From: Emiliania huxleyi CCMP1516
Lineage: Eukaryota
Direction: 5' to 3'
Length of the DNA: 64,000 nt
NCBI RefSeq assembly: GCF_000372725.1
Contig: NW_005201360.1
Span: forward strand, 84,881 to 148,880
Part shown: one piece after another, positions 48,503 to 59,129 of the stretch
Position numbering within the stretch: the stretch's first letter is position 1
Layout of the letters: each line of letters begins with the position of its first letter
Made by a program: the position numbers and the translations under genes
Notes under the pieces: model-generated
Database searches by the model: none
Told to the model about the DNA's origin: nothing
What the model saw: only the letters and a program-made list of their open reading frames with translations

Positions 48503-50215
48503 CACAGTGGAACTCGTCGAGAGCGCCCCCGGCGTAGAGCTTGTCGACGAACTTTGAGACGGTGGCGCGGTCGTACTTTGCGACGTAGTGCGAGACGTAC
48601 GCGCAAACCTGTGCGGCGGCGGGGGCGGGGGTGTCGGCTCGGCTGGTCTGCCGGCGTGCAGAAGGTCTGGCGTTGAGTGCGTCATGCTGCCCCTCCACCT
48701 CCCTCCTTCCCCTGACATACGCGCGTCTCCCGCTCTCTCTCCACGCACACACCTTGATTGCGCCGTCGGCATGCGTGCGGATCACCTCTGCGCCTCCGAA
48801 GAGCGTCGAGCCAGAGTTGGTGAAGTCGTCGGCCAGGAGGACAAAGGTGCCTGCGGGGGGCAGGTGCGAGGCCAGCTCTCACCGCAAGCTTCCCAACCCC
48901 GCCGGCAGGGAGGGCGGAGGCGCCGGGAGGGAAGTTTGACGTCTTCGGGTGCTCGGCGCCCGCCGCGTCGACAAAGGAGAAGCTCTTCGCCTACCCGCCC
49001 GAAGTGCCGCCGAGGTGCCGCCGAGGTGCCGCCGAGGTGCAGCCGAAGTGCCGCCGAGGTGCCACCCGAGACGCCGCCGAGGTGCAGCCGAGGTGCCGCC
49101 GAGATGCGTCCGAGGTGCAGCCGAGGTGCAGCCGAGGTTCAGCCGAGGTGCCGCCGAGGTGCCGCCGAGGTGCCGCCGAGGTGCCGCCGAGATGCGTCCG
49201 AGGTGCAGCCGAGGTTCAGCCGAGGTTCAGCCGAGGTGCCGCCGAGGTGCCGCCGAGGTGCCACCCGAGACGCCGCCGAGATGCCGCCGAGATTGGCCTC
49301 CCCGCCACGTCGCGAGGGGTGGAGAGGGGCGAGTGCAGGCGGGGGAGGGAGGCTGTGGCCCGGAGGAGAGAGGGAGGTGGTGGGCCCGGGGGGGGGGCGG
49401 GAGAGCGAAGAGGAGGAGTGACCTGCACGATGTCCGCGCCTGGGGGCGGAGGGGGTGGGGGAGGGGTGGGTGGGAGGGGTGGGTGAGAGGGGTGAGAGGG
49501 GTGGGAGGAGGGGAGCGCGTCGGAAAGGGCGGGTGGCCCGGCGGGGCAGGGAGGGGCGTAGGGGTGCGGAGGTGCGGGAAAGGGAGGAAGGAGAGAGGGG
49601 AGGGGGGAGGAGGCGCGGGAGGTGGGGCGGGAGGTTGGCACGGCACCGACTCGCGTCTTGTCGATCCAGAGGATGTTTTCGTACCTGCGGGCGGGGCTCC
49701 GAGCCCGGCTGCGTGAGGCGGCTCGAGGAGGGGCGGCGAGGGCCGGAGGGGGGTGGTCCCGCACTGGATGCCGGGGATGCAGCGGTGCACCATCTGGTAG
49801 AAGCGGCGGTGGGCGCCGTGGTCCGGGAAGACGATGAAGGCGCGGCGAGGGTCCTCCTGCACGCGTGGCTGGAGCACCTGCGGGAAGGGGCGCGTCCACG
49901 CCGCTAGGAAGGGGCGCACGGCGCGATCGCGGGCGCTGCCACGGCGCAGCGCGGGGCGGGCGTGTCGGGCGGCGGGCGGCGGGCCGTGGAGAGGAAGCGG
50001 TCGAAGGGCGAGGCGAAGTACGTCCCGAGCCCGCGCACGTAGTCGTACTCGCGCCGCCTGGAGGCGTGTCTCGGAGGCGTCTCGGAGGCGTGTCTCGGAG
50101 GTGTCTCGCAGGTGTCTCGGAGGTGTCTCGGAGGCGGTGTCGCGCGTTTCGCGTGCCCTCGAGTGCCATGCGGCCGTCTGAATCGTGTTTATGTGTGCAT
50201 GCCATGTGTGTGTTC

Positions 50216-50293
<78 letters not shown>

Positions 50294-51561
50294 CGCTCGC
50301 TCGCTCGCTCGCTCGCTCGCTCGCTCCCTCTCTCCCTCCCTCCCTCTCTCCCTCCCTCCCTCCCACTGTCGCTTTTCTCTCTCTCTCCCTCTCTCTCCCT
50401 CTCTCCCTCTCTCTCTCCCTCTCTCTCTCTGCGCGCCGGTTGGCCCAGCGGCCGGTCGAGTTGAGGGTCGCCTGATCACCGCTTCTCTCCGTGATTGGCC
50501 ACGCAACATCCCAGGCGGCCGCTCGAGCCGACACCTCGCCTCGAGGTCTTCGTACTCGTGAATGTCGAGCAGCAGCAGCTGCTGCGGCGGCGGCGGCGCT
50601 GCGCAGCCGGCGGGAGGCGGCAGCGGCAGCGCGGAGAGCATCGCGGCAAAGGACTGGCAGGTGGGCACGTCCACAAACTCGCCGTCCGGCTTGCCTACGC
50701 GGGACGTGTCCTGGACGTGTCCTGGACGTGTCCCGGACGTCCTCCTGGCTCGCCGTCCGGCGCGCCGTTGTCCCACTTGCCGGTGGTGACGGTCCAGCGG
50801 GAGGTGCGCTCCATCTGGCAGTGCCGGTACCACGGCACGACGATCGTCAGCGACGCGACCGAGCACGAATCGTACGCGCCTGGCCGACGCGGCGCGGAGG
50901 TGCGCATCATGGTCGCGTCACTGTCGCTGTCACTGTCGCGTCACTGTCGTGTCACTGTCGCAGACGCGTACCTCCGACGCGGCATGCGCGCGCCATGCCA
51001 GCGTGCGATGGGCGGTGGCGGTGCGAGCGCAGTGGAGCCAGGGGCGTAAGAGGGCGGCCAGATCGGAGGCGTGAGTCCAGCGGCCGAGGAGTGTCTCGGA
51101 AGTGTCTCAGAAGGCGCGCCGTCAGCCATCGTCTGCTTCCACTTGCCGCGCGCGTACTGCTCCTTGGCGTGGGGCACGTTGAACCGCTGGAGGAAGAGGA
51201 TGACCGCGAGCTGCTCGAACAGGAAGATCGTGTCGTGGTTCATCAGCAGCACCACGTGCCGGTCGCGGATCAGGTCGACGCGCAGCTTGATGTTTGGGTC
51301 GCCCGACGGGAAGCGCTCCCATGCGAGGCCCGTCTCGTCGATCGAGCCGCCGCTGAAGATGTCGTCGGTGCACAGCACCGGCAGATTGTCGCCGAGGTTC
51401 TCTGCCAAGCCGAGCGCCATCTTTGCGAGGCCCGGCGGGTAGAGCACCGTGTACTCGCCGTGCCCGATCGGCAGCTGCCGTTCGGTTCGCCGCTTTGACA
51501 CCTTTTCCTGCCACTTGAGATCGCTTCTGGTGCCCTGGCGGGTGAGGGTTTGTGACGACAT
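48503..51561 (-). CDS. Ribose-phosphate pyrophosphokinase (PRPP synthetase)-like, multi-exon, 3' end not resolved
   Basis: WERFPSGDPNIKL..IRDRHVVLL, LTIVVPWY..QMER, LLLDIH, IVFPDHGA..RF, WIDKTR, PRT motif VLLADDFTNSGSTL, AYVSH. Confidence 0.85.
48995..49290. repeat. Intronic minisatellite of 8/11-bp units (GCCGAGGT[GCA/GCC/TCA])
   Basis: Direct reading; related 10-11 bp intronic arrays at ~48-75, 4918-5010, 50063-50135 and 50702-50740. Confidence 0.9.
50218..50430. repeat. (CT)n/(CGCT)n compound microsatellite in an intron
   Basis: Direct reading. Confidence 0.95.
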
Positions 51562-52392
51562 TCTCGGGTCGGCTTGCAGGGCTGAGCGGATCGGGCGGGT
51601 CGCTCAACGGAGTGCCCGGTTCCCGCACAGGGTTTTTGCTCTTCGAGGTTCTCGAGGTGGATATCCTTTGGGCGCGTTGGGTAGCGAGGATTGGTGTGAC
51701 GCGATCCACGCAGGCGTGTTTTCTGGCGGCCGACCGTCAGTGCACGGAGTTGCCCCTTCTCCGACTGCCCCGGCTAGTTCCCGAGTTTCGCGGGAGTGAC
51801 CCCATGCGTCAAACCCGAGACCTAGCGCGGGTGGGTTGGAGGGGGCTCGCCCCGTTCCTCCCCATCGGGCCGCGTGGGCGGCCACGCCTCGCAGATTCGT
51901 TTTCGCGCCTGGGTCAGGCGCGCGGGGCATCCCCCGGGTCGCTCGACCAGCGATCCGAAGAGTGGCCGCTATGCGAAGGAAAGAGCGGGGCCCTCGACGC
52001 CTCAGTCCGGCCCTCCGAGGGGGGAAGGGAAGTGCGGGGTCCCCACGGGCGCCTCAGTTCGGCCCTCCCGAGGGGGGGAGGGGAGCAAGGGGGTGGGGGG
52101 ATCAGGGCGGGGAGGAGGGGTCTCAGATTTCGTGGGTCTAATACTTGCCTTTCGGGGAGGGGCCTCAGTTACGGAGTGCCGGCTTGTTCGCAAAGGGTTT
52201 TCTGCTTTGAAGAAAGGGCCGCCCTCGACTTCAAGGGGCTGCCTTCCATCCGTAGCTGCCCGGGCCGGGAGAGGGGGGGGGCCTCCTGTTCCCCGCGGAA
52301 CACGAGAAGGCCCCTCCTTGCCCGGTTTGCGATGCAGGGCGGTCGTGCCATCTTCGCTTCGTACTCGAAATCTCGAATCCACCACGCCGCAA

Positions 52393-52927
52393 CCGTCGCC
52401 GGCGCGCGACACGTTCCCGTAGGCCGGACTGTCCTCGTCGAGAGTGTGTGCCGCCATTTAGCCCACGCGCCTCTGCTCGCAAACACTCACCCATTGAATT
52501 GTCACTGCCCGTGAGTGCGAGATAGGGCTAGCAGTAGGCAGCTAGCCTCTGAGGAGGGCGTCCATAGACACCTCACAAGACCCCACACACGGTCTTGTCC
52601 GTGCCTTGCGGCCGGCGAGATTGCTAGAGGTGGAGCAAGCCTGCTCTAGTCTCACATGTTACTTCCTGTTGTCTGTTGTGTTGTTGTGCCCTTGTTTGTT
52701 CCTTTGGCACCTTGGAGTGCTGGGGAGGGCGACAGGGAGGATGTGGCCTTGAGTTATGTGTACGCCAACTCAGGGTGTGTGGCAGCCAGCTGGCTGTGTG
52801 TCTTGTGAGCCTGTTTGTGTCTGTGTGTCGCTCGTGCGTGTCGTCATCACATCTGTCCAGCGTCCACCCATACCGCGTTGGTGTCCAGTCCGAGCCTGGC
52901 TGTTCTTCACCTTACTACATACATACA
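52393..52927 (+). repeat. Interspersed repeat family B, copy 1 (ends in (TACA)n; possible retroelement 3' end)
   Basis: Aligns with 61869-62630, e.g. GAGGAGGGCGTCCATAGACACCTCACAAGACCCCACACA and GTTCTTCACCTTACTACATACATACA. Confidence 0.85.
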
Positions 52928-55385
52928 ACAACAACAACATGACATGTACATGTGTGTGTGCATGTGTGTGTGTGTGTGTGTGTTCATGGAGGCAACCGAT
53001 GCGAGTCGACTGGTGTGTGTCGTCGTGGTTTCGTATCAAGAATACTCACACTCACTCACACGCTAGTCGAGGTAAGGGGAATCGTCAGAAGAATGGCGAG
53101 CGAGGCTCGGAAAGTCGGAAACAACCGAGCTGGACTGCGCTCGTGAGTCGTGTGCGCCTCCTTCTTTCTACTCCATCCATGCCTGACCGTGCTCGACACG
53201 CTACTCTGCTCCGGCTGCTGCATGCAGGAACTACGCCGACTGCAGTCTGGTACAAAAGCGCCGTCTGCAGTCTTAACGACCCGTACAACTACCTGCGAGA
53301 GGTGGAATCGGAGAGAGAGAGAGGTGTGTGGAATCGGCGGTCTCGGGCACCGTACCCAAAAGCACAATGTACTACCACAAAGCACCACTAGCGATTTCGC
53401 GCGGAGGGCGTAGTGAAGCGCTGGGGCGCTCACTGTGTGTTATTCGGGTGGGGATCCATCAGTGGTAACCGGCTTTAGTCACAGGTCCAAGCTCAGACGC
53501 CACACCAACACCACAAACACGCTCACTTCGCCGCTGCTGTAGATGGGCCCCCGGGGGCCCATACTCCGTCGAAGCACAGACCCGATCTCGGCACTCACGG
53601 GTTGCCACGCGCCCGCGCGCGGCGCGGGCCGCACCGCCCATGCCCCCGGGTCACCGACCCCGCCTCTCGGCCCTCTCGGCCCTCAGGAGCGTGCGGGAGA
53701 CCGGCGAGGGGCGCGCCGCGCGCCGCCTGCAGAGCCGCCAGAGGCATTGCCGCCTCCGCTGGCGGGGTTCCCGCGCGCGCCCGCCCGCGCCCGCGCCCGC
53801 CCACGCCGCGCCCGTGGGCTCCGGATGCGCCGCCCTCCTTCTCCTTCTTCTCGATGGCAGTCCGCACCTGCTTGTCGACGGGTCGGCGGCGTGATCGAGG
53901 GGAAGGTCGCCGGCGGCCGCAACTCCGCCGCCGTCGCTCCGCCGGCTCTGATCGAGTATCGGGCGTTGAGGGCGGCGGCGCAAGCGGGTCTGACGCATCC
54001 ATCGCCACGAGCCTCGCGACCGCGGTCGTGGCACACCTGGCGGCGGCTCTCGGGGCCGTCTCTACGGCGCTCGACGCCGTGTGAGGTCGCCGGCGGCCGC
54101 AACTCTGCCGCCGTCGCTCCGCCGGCTCAACCGAGTATCGGGCGTTGAGGACGGCGGCGCAAAGTGGGTCTGGTGCGCCACACGGTCACAACCCTTGCCA
54201 CCGCCCTTGCCGCCGCCCTTGCCACCCTTTGCCGCCTTGCCTCCGCCGCGGGCGGCGGTGGGAGCGGCCTGCTGGGCTAGCATGTTGTCCTTGCTGGGGA
54301 CGGGCACGTGGAACGCACGTTACATGTTTGAACGGCCTCCAGAATTCAAACAAAAAATAGCCAAGGCTCTCTCGCAACCCCTCCGACCCCCCGGGACCCG
54401 TGGGCGTCGAAGAGGCGCTCTCGGGGGGCCGTTCTGAGTTCATACTACCTCGACGCACACTTGTACTGCGTCAAAGCACCGGCCCTGAGTCCGATCGGCG
54501 ATACCTCTTCCCCATCCATCGTCCTTCCTTCCGCAAGCAACTCCCCGGCGAACCGCTAGACGACTGACATCGCTGCCTTCCGCGCAGCGCAATCGTGATC
54601 GGGTATGCGTGCTCACGCAGGCTGTGTCGTAGACGCCCCCACCCTAGCCCCCACCCCACAGGTATGCGCGAGGCTGCCCTAGAGAAGACAAGAACCTCAC
54701 CATCTGGTGGGTGGCGTGGGCGAGATCGGCGAGGCCGGGCTCGCTCACATCACCACAAGGGCTGCGAGGAGGAAAGACGTCCCCCCACAGTGTCCCCTCT
54801 GTCAAGCCCCGCCCCCGCCGGTTCTGTTCCAGCCCCACTCAAACATACAAACCAAAGGAGGGATGGGAGGACGGCACGCCGCCACCACACAGGGATTTCA
54901 CGGTGGCGGCAGGCGCGCAGTTTGCCCCGCCCTTGCGGCTTTTCGTGGCTTTGGGAATGTTCCCGTTGCTGCTCTGCTGCAGCCTCCAGTCGCGGTGCGG
55001 CCTCCGCACTCTCGGCGTTCGCCTCTCGCCCTGCTGCAGCATCCGTGCCCATCTCTGGCAGCCGATCGCCGAGCGCCTCCTCAAAACATGCGAGAATCTC
55101 GTCGCTCCGAAGGCCGAGCACGTCGTCGGCAGCGCGGGTGCTCGCCCGCACGGCCGCCGTCCGTCGGTCGAGGTCTCGTCTTAGTTCTGGCAGCGTGCGC
55201 CGGCCTGCTCCCACGCTGGCCACGCATCATGCTGCGCTACGAGCAATCGCGTAACGGAGGCTCGCGGCTTTTCTGGCGTGGCTTTTGACGGCTTGGCTTC
55301 TCCAGGTCAGCTTTTTTTTCCGGCCGCCTCCAGGGCGCCTCCAGGTCTCTTCGCCGTTCAGAATCCGCCCTACCTTGCGTGCGCC

Positions 55386-56324
55386 ATGCGTGCGCTCGAC
55401 GACGACATGCACGCGCAGATTCTCCGCCACCTTCACGCCAGGTCCTCCAAGAACGCGGCGGCCGTCAACCAGCGCTGGCTTGCCCTCTCCCAGGAGGAGT
55501 GGCGTCGCCGCGCCCGCGACTGCGTTGCGGCAGAGGGTCTTGACTGGAAGCCCTCGCTCGCAAAGGAGATTGAGCATTTCGAGAACTGCGAAGACGGCGA
55601 TCGGACAGGCTGGAAGGATCACAAGAAGGCGGTCCGCGAGCTCCCTTTTGTGCTTGGCCTCTACCCGGCGCCGTCCGCAGCCATGTGGGCCTTTACAAAG
55701 CCTACGGCCGGCGGCGCCGATCAGGTTTACCTCGACACCTTGGGCGCGGAACGCAACGACGGCACCTGGGGCTGCAACGAGTCGGTTTGCTCGTATGGCA
55801 ACGACTCGAACTGGAACCGAGGGTTCTGTTGGGGAGTCATGGCCTTCGACGCGGATGAGGAGCGGTCGGTGGGCTGCTACCCCGTTCCCGAGCGGCCCGC
55901 CGACGTCCTCGACACGTCAGCGATCGTCTCGCAGTACCCACTACCGCTGAGCAAGCTTGGGCACGGCACGGCCTTCCTCGGCTCCAAGATCGCTGTGTAC
56001 AACAGCGGCCTCGGCGAACGGAAGCCCATTCCGTACTGCATCGGCGGGCGCCTGCTTCGCATGGCGAGCGGCAGCTCCGAGGAGGGGGTGATGGTGTCAC
56101 TCGGCTTCTTGCGCAATCCGAGCGTCGCGGAGAGCGACTACGCGAGCGAGGCTCGCTGGTGCCGACTTCCAACCGTCAACGAGCACGAGAAGTGCCAGGT
56201 CTTCTCCGCCGCCATTGTGCCGGTCGTCGAGGAGGAGGACGACGAGCACGAGGGCGAGGACGAAGACAGCGTCTCCGGCTCGGATTCGAATGAGGAGGCG
56301 ACCGAGGGCTGCGTCATCAGCTGA
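55386..56324 (+). CDS. F-box domain protein with acidic C-terminus
   Basis: LDDDMHAQILRHLHARSSKNAAAVNQRW....W F-box-like pattern; 312-aa ORF. Confidence 0.6.
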   Translation: MRALDDDMHAQILRHLHARSSKNAAAVNQRWLALSQEEWRRRARDCVAAEGLDWKPSLAKEIEHFENCEDGDRTGWKDHKKAVRELPFVLGLYPAPSAAMWAFTKPTAGGADQVYLDTLGAERNDGTWGCNESVCSYGNDSNWNRGFCWGVMAFDADEERSVGCYPVPERPADVLDTSAIVSQYPLPLSKLGHGTAFLGSKIAVYNSGLGERKPIPYCIGGRLLRMASGSSEEGVMVSLGFLRNPSVAESDYASEARWCRLPTVNEHEKCQVFSAAIVPVVEEEDDEHEGEDEDSVSGSDSNEEATEGCVIS

Positions 56325-57030
56325 GCTCACATCACAGCCCCGTCGTGCGCGCCCTTCGAGCGACAGCGACAGCGACAGCGACCGCGACCGCGTGGACAGC
56401 GACGACGAAAAAGCGCAGACGCTCGCCCGTCGCGTCGGCTGGGGACCAAATCTTTCGTTCACATCCATTGGCATCGCGGACTCCAAACGGCCACTCTCGG
56501 TCGGCGAGCGAGGCTGACATTTACGTGCACTTCTCTTTTTCGCGCCGTGCTAAAATTCTTTTTGTTTTGAAACATCAAAGAGTACACGTCTGACATCTAT
56601 GATGAAGTGGCATGGACTCAAGGTCAAACTAATCTTCACCATGGCCTTTGGCGCTGCGACTTACGTCTTCCATTCGAAGCTTGGGAGGGGGACTAAAGTC
56701 TAAAGACTAAGACTGTCAACAGACGGAAGCTTGATTGATGCCCCGCACATATTCCAGCCCATGCGCGAACACGTTTCTTTTTGGAACAGGGTAGACCGTT
56801 CAGAACACCGGCCTGAGGCCCTGAGTGAGTGAGACCCGGGCCTCTCTCACTGCAGCACTGGCAGCAGCAGACAGGTGTGGACGACCAGGTGGATATCCCC
56901 CCCCCTGGAGAGCGGGTGCCTGTCTGTACAACAGTTTACGGGGGCCGGCCCGCTTTCGCATGTCGTAACCGAGAGTGAATTCTTTCCGGCCTCACGCGGC
57001 CGTCCGCCTGCGCACCCTCCTCGCGCCGAG

Positions 57031-59129
57031 TATGCAAGGAGAGTTGGAGTATTTTCTTACTTCTACTTCGCGGAGGCTGTCCAGATACTGGGATACTTCG
57101 CAGCAGGCCTCGAATACTGGGATACTGTGAAAGATTTCCCTGTGAGATATGGCGCAGTAATAATACTTCAATACTCCGAGTTGGTACCGCAGATACTTCG
57201 ATACTCGTGTTGACGCACCCGGTGAGTATCACAGTACTCGATCCACGCCGGCGAAGTATCCCAGTATCACAGAGCTAAATGCCAAGTAATAATACTGCAA
57301 TACTGGGCGCTTCTTGGTCCTCCAGCCCCGCCGAGTATCCCAGTATCCGCATCAGAGATGGCCAGTATCCAGCAGTATCCCGCAGTATCCTGCAGTATCC
57401 TGCAGTATCCCAGTATCCGGGGTCGGCCCTCGAGCGATGCATTGCACTGCGGCCGCAGTCGCACGTCCAGCAGCGGGATGCGAGGCAGCAGCTAGGTGGG
57501 GAGGGATTGAGCCAATTGAGCAGCGTGGGCAAGCGAAGACTGCCGTAAGTGTGTGCCCGCGCCCTGCCGGCGCAATGGTGTAAACGCGTGTGCAAGGGCT
57601 GGCGGGGTGGGGAAGGCGGCAACGGAACGAGGTGGGCGAAGACGGCTGAGGCGCCAGTGCTGGAACTGAGGGAGAGTGTCGTGGCAGTGCACTGGTGCTG
57701 GTGCTGTGTGGAGAGGAAGACCCACTTCGGGGAGGCGTCACGGCCAACATTGAGCGCAGCAAGGTGGTCACGTCCTGCGGCGCACGCACAGGAATCATAG
57801 TATATCACACAGCAGCTGTGCCGTAAAAGGGTCCCAGAGCTATCTCGGTGGCTAGGGGCTGGATTGGCTGGGCGCGTCAGCTCCCACAAGCGCACTGCAT
57901 GCGATATCAACGTTGTGATGCAGCGTCAGCCTTGGCAATTGAAGCTTGGCGCCGGCACGCAGGAGCACCAGCGTCTGCAGCGCTTGAATGGCGTGTGCAA
58001 ACTTTTGCATCTCAGGCGGCCGGGCGTCGCGGCGCCCTCTCGCAAGTGCTGTGACCCAGGGAGGGCCCGTGAAAGTGATAGAACGGTCGAAAAGTTCGAG
58101 CGTCATTCATGTCGCCGAAGTTCCTTCGATGTCTCCTCCCGCCAACCCCAACCAGCCCCGCACGACCCCAATCGGCCGCACACCGCCACACAGCAGGCTC
58201 TGGTGACCGACACAACTCTTTGCTTGGCGCCGGACCGTCTCGAGTGAACCCACCGGTGTGGGCGCCGCCGCTGAGCATCACGGCAAACGGGTGACGGACC
58301 TACACATAAACTGAATCACCTCGGCCGACCATGCCGCTGCGGCCGACGATGTCGGATGCTCTCGAGCACTCTCCAGCGCCGGGCGCGGTCCTGACACAGC
58401 CGGCCGTGCTTCACCGCCGCTGTTCAGCTCGGCGGCAGAAATGGCAGCGGATACGAGCTCTTTACCGACTACCGAGCGGCAGTCGGAGAACTCGTGAGCT
58501 TCCACACATCACAACTCCTGCCGATGCATTCTGGAACAATCACATAACGACTGCCATCACCACTGCCCACTTGCGACATTTGTGGCCCAAGCCGGTCCGC
58601 AGTATCCCAGTATCCCAGTATCCGGTATCCACATCAGCCGGGGATGCTCTAGGGAGGGGTGCAGCTGCATGGTGACAACTACCAGTGAGAAGGATGGGGA
58701 TGCAGCTGGCTGCTGGACCATGGCTTACACACGGGCACACTTCCATGAATTGCCAGTATCCAGCAGTATCCAGCAGTATCCCGCAGTATCCTGCAGTATC
58801 CCAGTATCCGATGCGCCGGCTCCGAGTATTGCGGTGAAAATACTGCGCGATACTGCCATGGCCACACTACTTCAGTAACACAGTATCTGCATGCCCCAGG
58901 CCCAGTATTGCAGTATCACCCTCGCGGCAGAGAGGTATTTGCGCCACCGATACTTGGCCTTTGCTTGCGGGATATTGGGATACTTGGCCAAGGGCCGTGT
59001 GCAGGTAGCATGCAGTATTGCAATAAAAATACTTGCTTTGCGTGTCTGAAATACTGGAATACTGCGCCACAGCACCTCAGATACTGGGATACTGGAAATA
59101 CTGTGAAATACTCCAACTCTCCTTGCCTA
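57031..59129. mobile_element. 2.1-kb non-autonomous DNA transposon with subterminal CAGTATCC arrays
   Basis: TIR TA(T/G)GCAAGGAGAGTTGGAGTATTT (57031-57054 / 59106-59129), direct repeat CCGAG at 57026-57030 and 59130-59134, many CAGTATCC/GGATACTG units near both ends. Confidence 0.88.

Noticed and set aside
48995..49290. Repeat array as possible CRISPR
   Set aside because: No unique spacers, 8-11 bp units, located in a eukaryotic intron, no cas genes
53595..54307. ~80-bp direct repeat and frameshifted Gly/Lys-rich minus-strand ORFs
   Set aside because: Possibly a decayed gene or TE ORF, but not assignable
57250..58810. CAGTATCC arrays as CRISPR or telomere
   Set aside because: Irregular short units explained as subterminal repeats of the TIR element
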